This document shows, piece by piece, positions 33,477-43,245 of a stretch of DNA of 64,000 nt. Below the pieces are notes generated by a model. It made no database searches, was not told the DNA's origin, and worked only from the letters and a program-made list of their open reading frames with translations. The DNA is taken from assembly GCA_965198115.1 (NCBI GenBank), contig OZ240241.1, forward strand, positions 1,504,001 to 1,568,000, given 5' to 3'. The stretch comes from Candidatus Latescibacterota bacterium (GTDB lineage Bacteria > Latescibacterota > UBA2968). Position 1 is the stretch's first letter. Every line of letters begins with the position of its first letter. Both the position numbers and the translations under genes were made by a program.

Positions 33477-34850
33477 GAGCTATAATCAAAAGGTGTGGAA
33501 AAAGAGAAAGGGCGACCCTACCCTTCCCGTGAGATAGTTGATTCACACAAAACCGGGTGAGAGGCCCGGTTGGGAAGGAGGATCGCCGTGAAGGAACATA
33601 CGCATAGAGCCCCATTGAAGTCCATGCCGACGTGGGAGACGGTTGACGATTGGATCCGTGAAGAGATCCAGGGCCGGTTCCAGTCCATTCTGGAGGAGGA
33701 GGCGACCGCGTTCTTGGGCCGGTCGTGGTATGAGCGCCGAGCCGAGGTCGATAGCTCCAGGGGCTACAGGAACGGCTACGGCAAGCCCCGGCGTCTCTCG
33801 ACGAGCTGCGGAACGATCAAGGTCCGGCGTCCCCGGGTTCGTGGTCTGGAAGAGCGGTTTGAAAGCCGCATCCTCCCCCTGTTCGCCCGGAGAACCAGGG
33901 CCATTGGAGATCTGCTTCCCGACCTTTATCTCCACGGTCTCTCCCAGGGCGACTTCGAGTTGTCTTTGCGTGCGCTGCTCGGTGATGGCGCGCCGCTTTC
34001 GCCGACCTCGATCGCTCGTCTTCGAGGGAAGTGGGAGGTCGACTTCCAGGACTGGAAAGAAAGGCGTCTGGATAATCGCGAACTGGTCTACGCCTGGGCT
34101 GATGGCATCTACGTCAAAGCCGGGCTCGAGCGCGAGAAGGCGTGTCTGCTGGTCGTGATCGGCGCGATGAGCGACGGCAGCAAGGAGATCCTGGCGATAG
34201 AACCCGGTTATCGAGAGTCTACAGAATCCTGGCTCACGGTGCTCCGGGATCTCCGGGATCGCGGGCTCGAACATCCTGTCCTGATCGCCGCGGACGGGAA
34301 TATGGGCATCTGGGCGGCCGTTGATCAGGTCTGGCCAGAGAGCCGGCAACAACGGTGCTGGAACCACAAGATCCTCAACGTGCTCGACAAGGTCGCCAAG
34401 CGTGCACAGGCTGAAGCCCGCGCACTGCTCGTCCAGATCCCCTATGCCGGCACGAAAAAGGAGGCCGAGAAGCTCCGGAAACGCTTTGCCGCACGGTATC
34501 GCTCACAGTTCCCTGCCGCCGTGGAGACGCTCGAAAGAGACTGGGATCGGATGGTCACGTTCTACGACTTCCCGAAGGAACACTGGAAACACCTGAGAAC
34601 CACGAACGTCGTCGAGAGCCCCTTTGCTTCCGTTCGGCTTCGCACAAACGCCGCCAGGCGATTCAAGAAAGTCAGGAACGCCACGACTCTCATCTGGCGT
34701 ACGCTCAAGGTCGCAGAGAGCCGATTCAGGAAACTCACCGCGCCACACTTGCTACAACAAGTCTACGATCAGAAACACTCAACCGGACCGCAGGTCGAAG
34801 CCGGGAAGATGGCCGCCTGATTTCTTTTACACACCTATTGACCTGAGCTC
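33477..34850 (+). mobile_element. IS256-family IS copy 1
   Basis: YRNGY, WADGIY, ES..SW, ADG, QRCWNH, LRTTNVVES; IRs gagctataatcaaaaggtgtg / cacacctattgacctgagctc; 9-bp TSD tttcctgat. Confidence 0.95.
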
Positions 34851-35533
34851 TTTCCTGATCGGCCATCTTGTCTGTCTCCTCACGGATTGATACACGACGG
34901 ATGGTCTTTCATCACCCTACCGGATGGCGGTCTACATCGGGAACAGTCTGACCACCGCATTCGGCCTGTTCCTGACCACTCGATTTCTACGAAATACGGG
35001 GTGTTCGAAAGTTGGATCGCTCGTCGCCATCTTGTCCATCATCTTCGCCACTCAGTTGACCTACTACCTCTGGCCAAAATCGGCAACATCTCACGGAACA
35101 TCCTTCGCTACTGTCGCCCTCTTTGCCTGGTCAGCTACGCGGTATGGCATCTCGTGGCAGTCAGGACTCACCGGAGGACTTGCAGCCCTGATGCGGTGGC
35201 AGAATGCGCTGATCGTCTGCCCGATCTCGATTGCACTACACGTAAAGCAGCGCGGAAGGATCTTCGACGCGTCTGATGCTCGAAAATGGGCAGCCTTCCT
35301 TGCAACCGCCCTGCTTGCCCTATCACCTCAAATACTGGTCTGGTGGTCCCTCTATGGTTCTCCCTTCGTAGTACCGCAGGGCGGGAGCTATGTGGATTTC
35401 TCCGATCTTCCGCTAGTGAGGATCCTGTTCAGCCCTCGTCACGGACTCCTCCTGTGGCATCCCATCCTCATCGCAGGACTCGGTGGCTTGGCGCTGGGCT
35501 ACCAAGGGGATAGGCATTGGATCACGGCAATCG

Positions 35534-36354
35534 TGTTACGGCTTACGATAAATTCCCGCCCAGACAACGCTATTCGCATTCTCACGCACCAAGAACTGAC
35601 GACCGGAGATAAGGGAGGATGAACTCTCTGGGCGTCCCGATGTAGACCGCGCCCTTTTCATTTTCCCACACGCGCGAGAAGTAGGCTCTCGAACCGCGAA
35701 AATAGCGCGTTTCGACCGGTTAGGCTCAAGACGTGGCCAGGCCAGGTCCCAGCGGGCATAGGGGGTGCGCGGTGTTGGCCCTGGGCGCGTCGCTGGCCCG
35801 AGGCCCGCACCAGGGGGGTAGGGGGGGTGGAAACGGTCAGCTCTCTTTTTTGGACACCGGTAGTGGACCGTTTCTTCTACTAAAACGTCCTAATTTTCGT
35901 TCCGGGGGGCGCATCGCGGCCGTTGTCGACGAAAGAGGGGTTTTCAGGTGTCGGAAACACTTAAACCAGTGCAAAAACAAGAGCTTGCGTCTGTCGACAA
36001 GGCGGCTTTGAAGGTGCTTCCCGAAAATGGCGAAGCGGGGTAGAAAATCGGCCGTCTCCCTGGCGGTGCTGCCGATGGCGGACCCGTCGGAGGTCGAGAG
36101 CGTTTCGCGTCCCGATCCCCCGGAATGTGCCAAACGCGTTCGCGTAAAGAAAGGGACATCAGGCGTAGGTCCGACAACCGCTTTTGGCCGTTGCGCCTTG
36201 TAAGTACTCCTATGGCACTATGTCGCATGGCCGCCAGATCTTAGGTGACCCTCAACTCATTAGGGAACGGTCTCCACTGTTAACCGTATTGAAACGATTC
36301 TGCCTATTCTGCGAATAGCTTAAGCCGGGCGGAGAATTATCGCAAGGCGTCACA
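35534..36354. mobile_element. non-autonomous 821-bp TG...CA element (MITE-like, IS21/IS481-type ends) with phage-like cargo
   Basis: 28-bp IRs (22/28) tgttacggcttacgataaattcccgccc / gggcggagaattatcgcaaggcgtcaca; 7-bp TSD gcaatcg; no transposase ORF. Confidence 0.88.
36027..36203 (+). CDS. 58-aa ORF resembling the N-terminus of a phage small terminase (truncated)
   Basis: manual translation MAKRGRKSAVSLAVLPMADPSEVESVSRPDPPECAKRVRVKKGTSGVGPTTAFGRCAL*. Confidence 0.45.
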   Translation: MAKRGRKSAVSLAVLPMADPSEVESVSRPDPPECAKRVRVKKGTSGVGPTTAFGRCAL

Positions 36355-37161
36355 GCAATCGGCATCGCTATCGTGCTTCAATGGGTCATGAACGCCGCCA
36401 TAATGGACTGGTGGGGAACGTGGTCTTTCGGCCATCGGCGGTTCGTCAACCTGTTGCCATTCTTGGCCTGGGGTATTGCGCTCCTCTACGATCGGCTGGC
36501 GGCTCGCCGACGTCTTTTCCTCGTGACCATCGGTTTGCTAGCGGTCTGGAACCAGCTGTTCCTCTATCAATATCAGAACGGGCTGATTCCCCGAAGCAAA
36601 AGCCCCACATTCACGGAGTTTGTGACCGATAAGTTTGGCCTGTCCCGCGTGTGGGAGGCCCAACTCCACGTCAACACGGCGATCACTGCCTTCAGACGAA
36701 ACGACTTCCCTAATTTCCTCAATCAGGCAAACACAGCCTATCGTACGTATCCTGAATACCGCAACAGCCGACTCGTGTATTCCGTGGCCGGTACGGCATT
36801 GCAGGACGGGGAGACGGCTGAATCACTCTTCGCCGCGTGGCATCAAGAAGAGCCGACCAACCTCGTGGCAACGTGGGGTCTGGCAGACGCGTGGATCAGA
36901 GCGAACAGACGCGATGAGGCGGCACGACTTTTTGAACCGAACCTTTGGGGGAAAACCGGCAGGGAAGTAGTCGACTTGATTCGTACGGGTAACGAACCCC
37001 TGATGGATCAGACGTTTTTCAATTTTTACAGGGCAGAGCTCGACTCCGTCTATATTCACTAAGCAGCATCCGTCTCACGCGTCACACTTGACCAGAGATT
37101 GGAAAAGGGGCTTATTCAGACCTCCATCGAGCAATCGTAATCACGAACAACGAGGCGAGCT

Positions 37162-37773
37162 GTGACACAAGTAAAAGCAACGAATGTCGTCTGGCACGAA
37201 GGGCACGTGGGAAGGAACCAGAGGGCGCAGCTTCTCAAACAAAAGGGCGTACTGATCTGGCTGACTGGGCTACCCAGCTCGGGAAAGAGCACCATCGCCT
37301 TCACGACCGAACACATTCTGGTCGAGAAACACAACCGGCTGGCCTACGTGCTGGACGGAGACAACATCCGCCACGGTCTGAACAAGAATCTCGGATTCAG
37401 TGCGGAAGACCGGGCAGAGAACATCCGCCGGATTGGCGAGGTGGGAAAACTGTTCGCCGACGCTGGCTTAGTCACCCTCAGCAGTTTCGTTTCACCCTAT
37501 CGCCAGGACCGCGATGCCGTCCGAGAGCTCTTGGATGATGGAGATTTCATCGAAGTCTTCATCGACACACCGCTCGAGCTCTGTGAAGAACGCGACCCGA
37601 AGGGGCTCTATGCGAAGGCCCGATCCGGTGAGATCCCTAATTTCACTGGCATATCGGATCCGTACGAGGCCCCCGAGAATGCGGAGATAGTCATCGAAAC
37701 GGCAAACACTTCGCCCGAAAATGCCGCCAATCAGATCATCGACGAATTGGAGAAGCGTGGAAAGCTGAGCTGA
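37162..37773 (+). CDS. cysC: adenylyl-sulfate kinase
   Basis: WLTGLPSSGKST, LDGDNIRHGL, RDPKGLY, FTGISDPYE. Confidence 0.97.
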   Translation: MTQVKATNVVWHEGHVGRNQRAQLLKQKGVLIWLTGLPSSGKSTIAFTTEHILVEKHNRLAYVLDGDNIRHGLNKNLGFSAEDRAENIRRIGEVGKLFADAGLVTLSSFVSPYRQDRDAVRELLDDGDFIEVFIDTPLELCEERDPKGLYAKARSGEIPNFTGISDPYEAPENAEIVIETANTSPENAANQIIDELEKRGKLS

Positions 37774-37809
37774 GACAGCGGCTTGTCGGGGAATAAAGTG
37801 TTCGGTGGT

Positions 37810-38493
37810 TCAGTGTTCAGGGGCACCGAGCCTTCGCCCCGCTGGATATCCTGAAGTGGTTCCACAGGAAAAGACGTACGGCAGTTGTCGTACGTCTTTT
37901 GGTTGTACACACTGAATGCGATTCTGCTTCTTCCCGAGAACCCAATCCACCGCCTCTTGCAGATCTTTAGCCACGTGATCCACTCGACGCCGTTGACCGT
38001 CATCCAGTTTCTCAAACTCGTGCGTGCCGTGTCCAGTCAGCAACATGACGCTGCGGCATCCCGCCGCGATTCCAGCCACGACGTCCGAATAGTGATCGCC
38101 AACCATGAAGGAGGATGACAGGTCGAGGTCATGCTCTTCTGCTGCGCTCACCAACTGACCCGGTTCCGGCTTACGACATTCGCATTCCTGTTTGTAGAAA
38201 CCGATTCCCTCATCGGGATGGTGAGGACAATACCGAATCGCATCCAGCCGAACTCCTTCGTCTTCCAGCAGATCTTCGAAAGCCTGCAGCACCCGACGTA
38301 GCTGCGGCTCCGTCATCAAGCCCCTCGCCACACCGGCCTGGTTAGTAACCAGTACAAGAAAATAGCCGGCCTCCTTCAGCTGGCGAATGGCGTTCACTGC
38401 ACCCGGAATCAGCTCGAACTGCGCCGGATCCGTGATGTGACCGACGTCCTCATTGATAGTGCCGTCGCGGTCGAGGAATACTGCTTTCTTCAC
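37810..38493 (-). CDS. gmhB: D,D-heptose 1,7-bisphosphate phosphatase (HAD IIIA)
   Basis: FLDRDGTIN, TNQAG, CPHHP, C.CRKP, MVGD..SD. Confidence 0.9.
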   Translation of the reverse strand: MKKAVFLDRDGTINEDVGHITDPAQFELIPGAVNAIRQLKEAGYFLVLVTNQAGVARGLMTEPQLRRVLQAFEDLLEDEGVRLDAIRYCPHHPDEGIGFYKQECECRKPEPGQLVSAAEEHDLDLSSSFMVGDHYSDVVAGIAAGCRSVMLLTGHGTHEFEKLDDGQRRRVDHVAKDLQEAVDWVLGKKQNRIQCVQPKDVRQLPYVFSCGTTSGYPAGRRLGAPEH

Positions 38494-38527
38494 GACCTCC
38501 CTCCACGAAGGCTACTCATGGAGTATC

Positions 38528-39613
38528 CTATTCCTTCTTCCACATTTCCGAAGGTGTGTAATCAGGAATCATCTCCTTCAGCTTAGCGACGATCCCCGCC
38601 CGATCTGGGACCTTCGCCAGAACTGCGAGCTCATCGATCACCTGATTGAGGGCGTCACAATCCACCTTGTCCGGCTGTGCGATGAAGATCTTACGATGCT
38701 TCGTCGATCGTACACCCTCGTTATGGGTCAATAGCTCCTCGTGGAGCTTGTCACCGGGTCGAAGCCCAATCGGCTTCAGCTCGATGTCGATACCCGGTTC
38801 TTTGCCTGCGAGGCGGATCATTTCCGTGGCCAGATCGAGAATGCGAACCGGCTCTCCCATATCCAGAATGAAGATTTCGCCGTCTTTTCCCATTGATCCG
38901 CTCTGGATCACAAGACGAGCCGCCTCTGGAATCGTCATGAAATAGCGTGTCGCTTCTGGATGAACCGTTACCGGCCCTCCCTCGGCAATCTGCTGCTGCA
39001 GTAACGGGATGACTGATCCACGCGACCCCAGAACGTTTCCGAAACGAACAGTCACAAAGACGATCTTGGGCTGCCGCGCAAGGCTCTCGATCTGGAATTC
39101 GGAAACGCGCTTCCCCGCCCCATACACGCACGCTGGACGAACTGCTTTGTCCGTCGAGATCATCACGAAGTGGTGTGATTCGAATTCGTGCGCCAACTCG
39201 CTGACAATCCGGGTCCCGACGATGTTGTTCTTCACGACCTCTTCGGGAAACGTCTCGATCAGATCGACGTGCTTGTGGGCGGCCGTATGGAAAACAACGC
39301 GTGGACGATGCTCAGCGAAAACCGCTTTCATCCTGTCCGGATCGCGAATGTCAGCAATGACCGGCGTCGCCTTGAGATCTGGGAACCGCTTTCTCATCTC
39401 GACATCGACCTCCCAGATGCTCTGCTCACCACGACCGAGCAGCAGGAGGTCGGACGGCTGGAACCGGCCGATTTGTCGGCAGAGCTCTGAACCGATGGAT
39501 CCACCCGCTCCTGTCACAAGGACAGTCTGTCCCTTCAGATAGGCAGCGATTTCTTCGAGGTCCCATTCGATCTCGTCGCGGCCGAGGAGTTTATGAAGTT
39601 GTGAGTCGATCAT
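38528..39613 (-). CDS. polysaccharide biosynthesis protein, UDP-GlcNAc 4,6-dehydratase (CapD/PglF-like)
   Basis: TGAGGSIGSELC, H.AAHKHV, ISTDKAV, VRFGNVLGSRGSV, GLRPG.KL.EE. Confidence 0.92.
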   Translation of the reverse strand: MIDSQLHKLLGRDEIEWDLEEIAAYLKGQTVLVTGAGGSIGSELCRQIGRFQPSDLLLLGRGEQSIWEVDVEMRKRFPDLKATPVIADIRDPDRMKAVFAEHRPRVVFHTAAHKHVDLIETFPEEVVKNNIVGTRIVSELAHEFESHHFVMISTDKAVRPACVYGAGKRVSEFQIESLARQPKIVFVTVRFGNVLGSRGSVIPLLQQQIAEGGPVTVHPEATRYFMTIPEAARLVIQSGSMGKDGEIFILDMGEPVRILDLATEMIRLAGKEPGIDIELKPIGLRPGDKLHEELLTHNEGVRSTKHRKIFIAQPDKVDCDALNQVIDELAVLAKVPDRAGIVAKLKEMIPDYTPSEMWKKE

Positions 39614-39740
39614 ACAATAACGATAGGGTTGAGCGCTGTTCGAGACAATGGGACTAACTATGTCAGCCTTGCAGCCCCTTACAGGGCGAGGCAGAAGAGC
39701 AGGCGTGGCAATTTGTTGTGCTTTGGGTCCTCTTTGAACG

Positions 39741-41213
39741 TCACTCTTGTCCTGCTCCCGTTCTCTCTTCCCCCGTTCTCCCGCTCAGCCGTTCCACGGC
39801 CAACTTCCCCTCCAGGTGGTTCGGTAGTAGAGCAATCGTCTCCTTGTATTTCGCAAGTGCACCAGTTGTATCCCCCCCTGCCTGCAGGCAAAGCCCGATC
39901 CGATAGTGGGCGTCGGCAAAGTCCGGTTCCAACTCGGTCGCACGCCGATACTGTATCGCTGCCTGAAGGACCTGTCCCTGCTCAAACAGGGCGCGACCGA
40001 CCTTGTATTCGGCATAGGCATCATCAGGTTGCAGATCGGCTGCTTTTCGATAGTGTTCGAGTGCGCTGCCGAATTGGTCTCGATAGAACTGGATGTTACC
40101 CAGAAAAATCCATTCATCGAAAGTTTTCGCCTCGATGTTCGGTAGATAGGCAAACCGGTTAGCGAGTTCCAGGAAGTTCCGCGAATCGCCTAATCGCCAG
40201 TACGCAACCCCCAGTGCGTCCTGGACATTTCGGTTGCGCCCCTTTTCGAGCACGCGCTCGTAGGACCGCGCGGCGTTCGCCCACCTCTCAGCCGCCAGGT
40301 ACACATCGCCCGACTTTCGTTCCGCGTCCGTGCGGTCGAGTGTCGCACGCGTAAGGCGGCCCAGGAGACTTTGGGCCTCCTTGTCGTGTCCGAGCCGAAA
40401 CTGGAGAACGGCCAGGTCGCTCAGGTAGCGGTCTCGCGCGTAACCAAGGTCGACGGTTTCGTTCAGGCGGTCGGCCGCCTCATAATGTCTTCTTGCCTCG
40501 TCCCAGGCATCCCTTTCGTAGGCCGCCTGCCCATCTGCGAGATGAGTCATCACGCCGACAGTGCGGTAGCCTCCGTAGACGATCGTAGGAAGCCAGAGAA
40601 CAGCCAGAGCAAGGGCGGGACCCACCCAACGACCGAGCCACACGGGCAACGATGGACGCCAAGCATCGTCTCCGTAAACACGAGTGATCGCCACCCACCA
40701 GCCGGCGTAGGAAAGCACTTTGACAACTGCAAGATATGTATCCCATCCCGTTGGGACGCCTACCGCGGCCCTCGACAACAATGCGAGGATCGCTGCCCCG
40801 ATAACGGTAACGAGGACTATCCGATCGAGCGTCGTCAACCGCGCCCAGATCAGGCTCTCCCGGTAGGCCACGGCAGCAATCAGGCCACTCAGGAGACCCG
40901 CCAACGTCGACACCTCATACAGGGGATTAAGACGAGACTGCGGTACCCGGTAATGGATTCCCGCCGTTGACGCGTCAAACTGTGTGACGATGAAGGCAAC
41001 TGTGATCGCCAGGATCACACTCGCACTCGGCGTCAGCGTCCCGTTGGTCACGACCCCTGCCCAGTGCCGTTTAACGAGAACCCCGAGTGCCACCGACACG
41101 AGAAGAAGCCTGAGGCATTCCGTCCAGGACAGGAGGTCAATAGACACCAAACTGATCAGGATTGTCACGAGGACGGATAGGTGCGTAAACCACTGGGTCG
41201 TAGGCTTAGACAC
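39741..41213 (-). CDS. membrane protein with C-terminal TPR repeats
   Basis: N-terminal TM helices; AIQYRRATELEPDFADAHYRIG-type TPRs. Confidence 0.8.
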   Translation of the reverse strand: MSKPTTQWFTHLSVLVTILISLVSIDLLSWTECLRLLLVSVALGVLVKRHWAGVVTNGTLTPSASVILAITVAFIVTQFDASTAGIHYRVPQSRLNPLYEVSTLAGLLSGLIAAVAYRESLIWARLTTLDRIVLVTVIGAAILALLSRAAVGVPTGWDTYLAVVKVLSYAGWWVAITRVYGDDAWRPSLPVWLGRWVGPALALAVLWLPTIVYGGYRTVGVMTHLADGQAAYERDAWDEARRHYEAADRLNETVDLGYARDRYLSDLAVLQFRLGHDKEAQSLLGRLTRATLDRTDAERKSGDVYLAAERWANAARSYERVLEKGRNRNVQDALGVAYWRLGDSRNFLELANRFAYLPNIEAKTFDEWIFLGNIQFYRDQFGSALEHYRKAADLQPDDAYAEYKVGRALFEQGQVLQAAIQYRRATELEPDFADAHYRIGLCLQAGGDTTGALAKYKETIALLPNHLEGKLAVERLSGRTGEERTGAGQE

Positions 41214-42507
41214 GTAGTACCTCTGGGGCCGTTTGGTCTTCTCCCTCTCTCGAAGCCAGTTGCCACAGAGACAGGCCACAGCCGACGATGATCCAGAACG
41301 TGATTCGGGTGAGCGGGAAATAGAGTGCGTCACAGGTCAGCATATCGACGAGGAAACCGACAACAGAAGCCGTAATCGCACGCGCCAGATCTCGATCTCG
41401 CGGATCCGGCAATCGGCGTTCAGCCTGTCGCAAGTGCACCAGCACGGAAACCATCAGAAGCACGAAAGCCGCATAGCCGGCAAGTCCCGTCTCGGCAAGC
41501 AGACGGAGGTGCATGTTATCGGGTGTGTCGTTGTAATCACGGTGGCGATCGGCTAAATAGCGGTAATGTCCTGTGCCTATCCCCAGAAGCGGCGCTTCGA
41601 GCAAGAGTCCGCTCGATTGCCAGTAAGCGACACCCCGCTGATCTGTCCTAAAACGCTGTAACTGGGCAATCGTGTCTCGGCCGGCCAGCGTCTCCCAAAC
41701 ACGATTCGAACTCAGCGCAATGACCGCAATTGCACCGGTCACCGCCGCAACCTTCAATCCCCGTCGTACCCCACGTCTCGCCAAATAATAGATCGCTGCA
41801 GTGAAAGCAGCCGCATAGGCGCCTCGCGTAAACGTAAGCAACAAACCGCCAAGCAGGAGACCACTGCCGATCGCAGCCGCCAAACGTCGCTGACCGTCGG
41901 AAGTCAGTGTGAAGTGTAGCGCGATCGGGAACAGCGTGGCGAAATAGGTACCCAGATAAACCGGATGACCGACGGTAGCCAGGATCCGCCGGCCGAAAGC
42001 GTCTGTGGCAAACCGTGCATAGCGTGGATTTAATAAACTGAACGCGTCTTCATACCACGGATTGGTGCCTGATACAAATTCGTAGATACCGTAGACTCCG
42101 ACACCCGCAGAAGCAGCTACACCCGTCACCAGAATCCAACGATATACACTATCGTGCGACCTAAGCGACACCAAGGCCCACGAGAGTAGCAAGCCGGTTG
42201 CCGCGTAGTATCCTGTCGCCAGCAGTCCGAGCCTTGGTACCTCGCTGCCAAGTGAACCGAGCATCATCGCGACCAGCCACGCGGTGGCAGGCCAAAAGGT
42301 GGGGATAACCCTGAACCGGGCTCCACTGGTCCTGACGAGTGCGACAAGCACCAACGAAAGGCCGGCGGGAAACCACGCTAAAGCCTGTTCGAGCCCTGCA
42401 GCATCCGCACCAAGTTTCAGGTAACGATGAGGCAGGACCGCAACAAACAAAAAAAGGAGGGCAAACCCTCCAGTGGTCGCTCTCGTCGCCCACAACAGTA
42501 TCATCAT
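41206..42507 (-). CDS. O-antigen ligase/polymerase family protein
   Basis: R..ATVGHPVYLG, LLLTFTRGA, PLLGIG.G, DN.HL.LLAETGL.G. Confidence 0.85.
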   Translation of the reverse strand: MMILLWATRATTGGFALLFLFVAVLPHRYLKLGADAAGLEQALAWFPAGLSLVLVALVRTSGARFRVIPTFWPATAWLVAMMLGSLGSEVPRLGLLATGYYAATGLLLSWALVSLRSHDSVYRWILVTGVAASAGVGVYGIYEFVSGTNPWYEDAFSLLNPRYARFATDAFGRRILATVGHPVYLGTYFATLFPIALHFTLTSDGQRRLAAAIGSGLLLGGLLLTFTRGAYAAAFTAAIYYLARRGVRRGLKVAAVTGAIAVIALSSNRVWETLAGRDTIAQLQRFRTDQRGVAYWQSSGLLLEAPLLGIGTGHYRYLADRHRDYNDTPDNMHLRLLAETGLAGYAAFVLLMVSVLVHLRQAERRLPDPRDRDLARAITASVVGFLVDMLTCDALYFPLTRITFWIIVGCGLSLWQLASREGEDQTAPEVLRV

Positions 42508-43166
42508 TCAGGCTCTGATGGATACCGATATGGCTCCCAGACGTAGGGCCGTTCGAAAAATCCTGGGGGACAAGTCAAATCGTCGATACTGCCGATTTCG
42601 CGGCTTGGATTTCCCACGACCACCGACCGCTCACGAACTTCGCGAACGACCACGGTACCAGCCCCAACCATGGCGTGTGCCCCGATCTTCACAGCTGGAA
42701 GGATTGTGCTGTTGGCACCGATTTTGGCGTAATCACCGACCGTCGAGCCTCCGGCACACTCTAGATAATGAGGACATTTCATCGGGTGGGGATCATCCGT
42801 AAAGGTCACGTTCGGTCCCACGAAGACGTGCACCCCAAGCTTCACATCCTCCAGAAAGCATCCCGTGTGGATTCGCGATCCACTGCCTACCCGGTTCCCG
42901 AATTCAAGGACTGCGTGCGTCCCCACACTTACATCATCTCCAATCTCGTTGTCCTCACGGATCGACGCTCCCTGCCCAGTCTCGAAATTTCGACCGATCC
43001 GCACGCCGGAGTAGATCGTCGTGAACGGCCGGATTACGGCTCCGTCGCCAATGACTGTCGCCAGTTCTCCATCCCCCTTATCTCGTGGAGGAAAACCAAT
43101 GATGCACGGGGGATGAATAACGACGTTTTCCCCCAAAGTGACGTTCTCGAATATCTGGTTGTCCAT
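42504..43166 (-). CDS. hexapeptide-repeat acyltransferase (nucleotide-sugar N-acetyltransferase)
   Basis: LbH repeats, VFVGPNVTFTDD, IGANSTILP, VVGNP. Confidence 0.88.
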   Translation of the reverse strand: MDNQIFENVTLGENVVIHPPCIIGFPPRDKGDGELATVIGDGAVIRPFTTIYSGVRIGRNFETGQGASIREDNEIGDDVSVGTHAVLEFGNRVGSGSRIHTGCFLEDVKLGVHVFVGPNVTFTDDPHPMKCPHYLECAGGSTVGDYAKIGANSTILPAVKIGAHAMVGAGTVVVREVRERSVVVGNPSREIGSIDDLTCPPGFFERPYVWEPYRYPSEPE

Positions 43167-43245
43167 CAGGGACCTTCAGGCAGAATCTGGTTTACCAAGA
43201 ACAAAACGCCGATCTTCGTCCATCGTCCACTGTTCACCGTCTACA

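Larger units (their letters stand above)
33139..37062 (+). pseudogene. GT-C-type (GT39-like) membrane glycosyltransferase with C-terminal helical-repeat region, disrupted by IS256, an in-frame TGA and an 821-bp element
   Basis: D...YFVYL, N.YSIGPA.LWAPF, LFSPRHGLL.WHP, WWGTWSFGHRRF; frame restores when both insertions are removed. Confidence 0.75.

Noticed and set aside
34887-34889. Selenocysteine or recoded TGA
   Set aside because: The gene is already doubly interrupted, no SECIS-like hairpin is evident, and TGA is a normal stop elsewhere in the window
35534-36354. Group I/II intron
   Set aside because: Has IRs and a 7-bp TSD typical of DDE transposition; no GUGYG start or domain V motif seen
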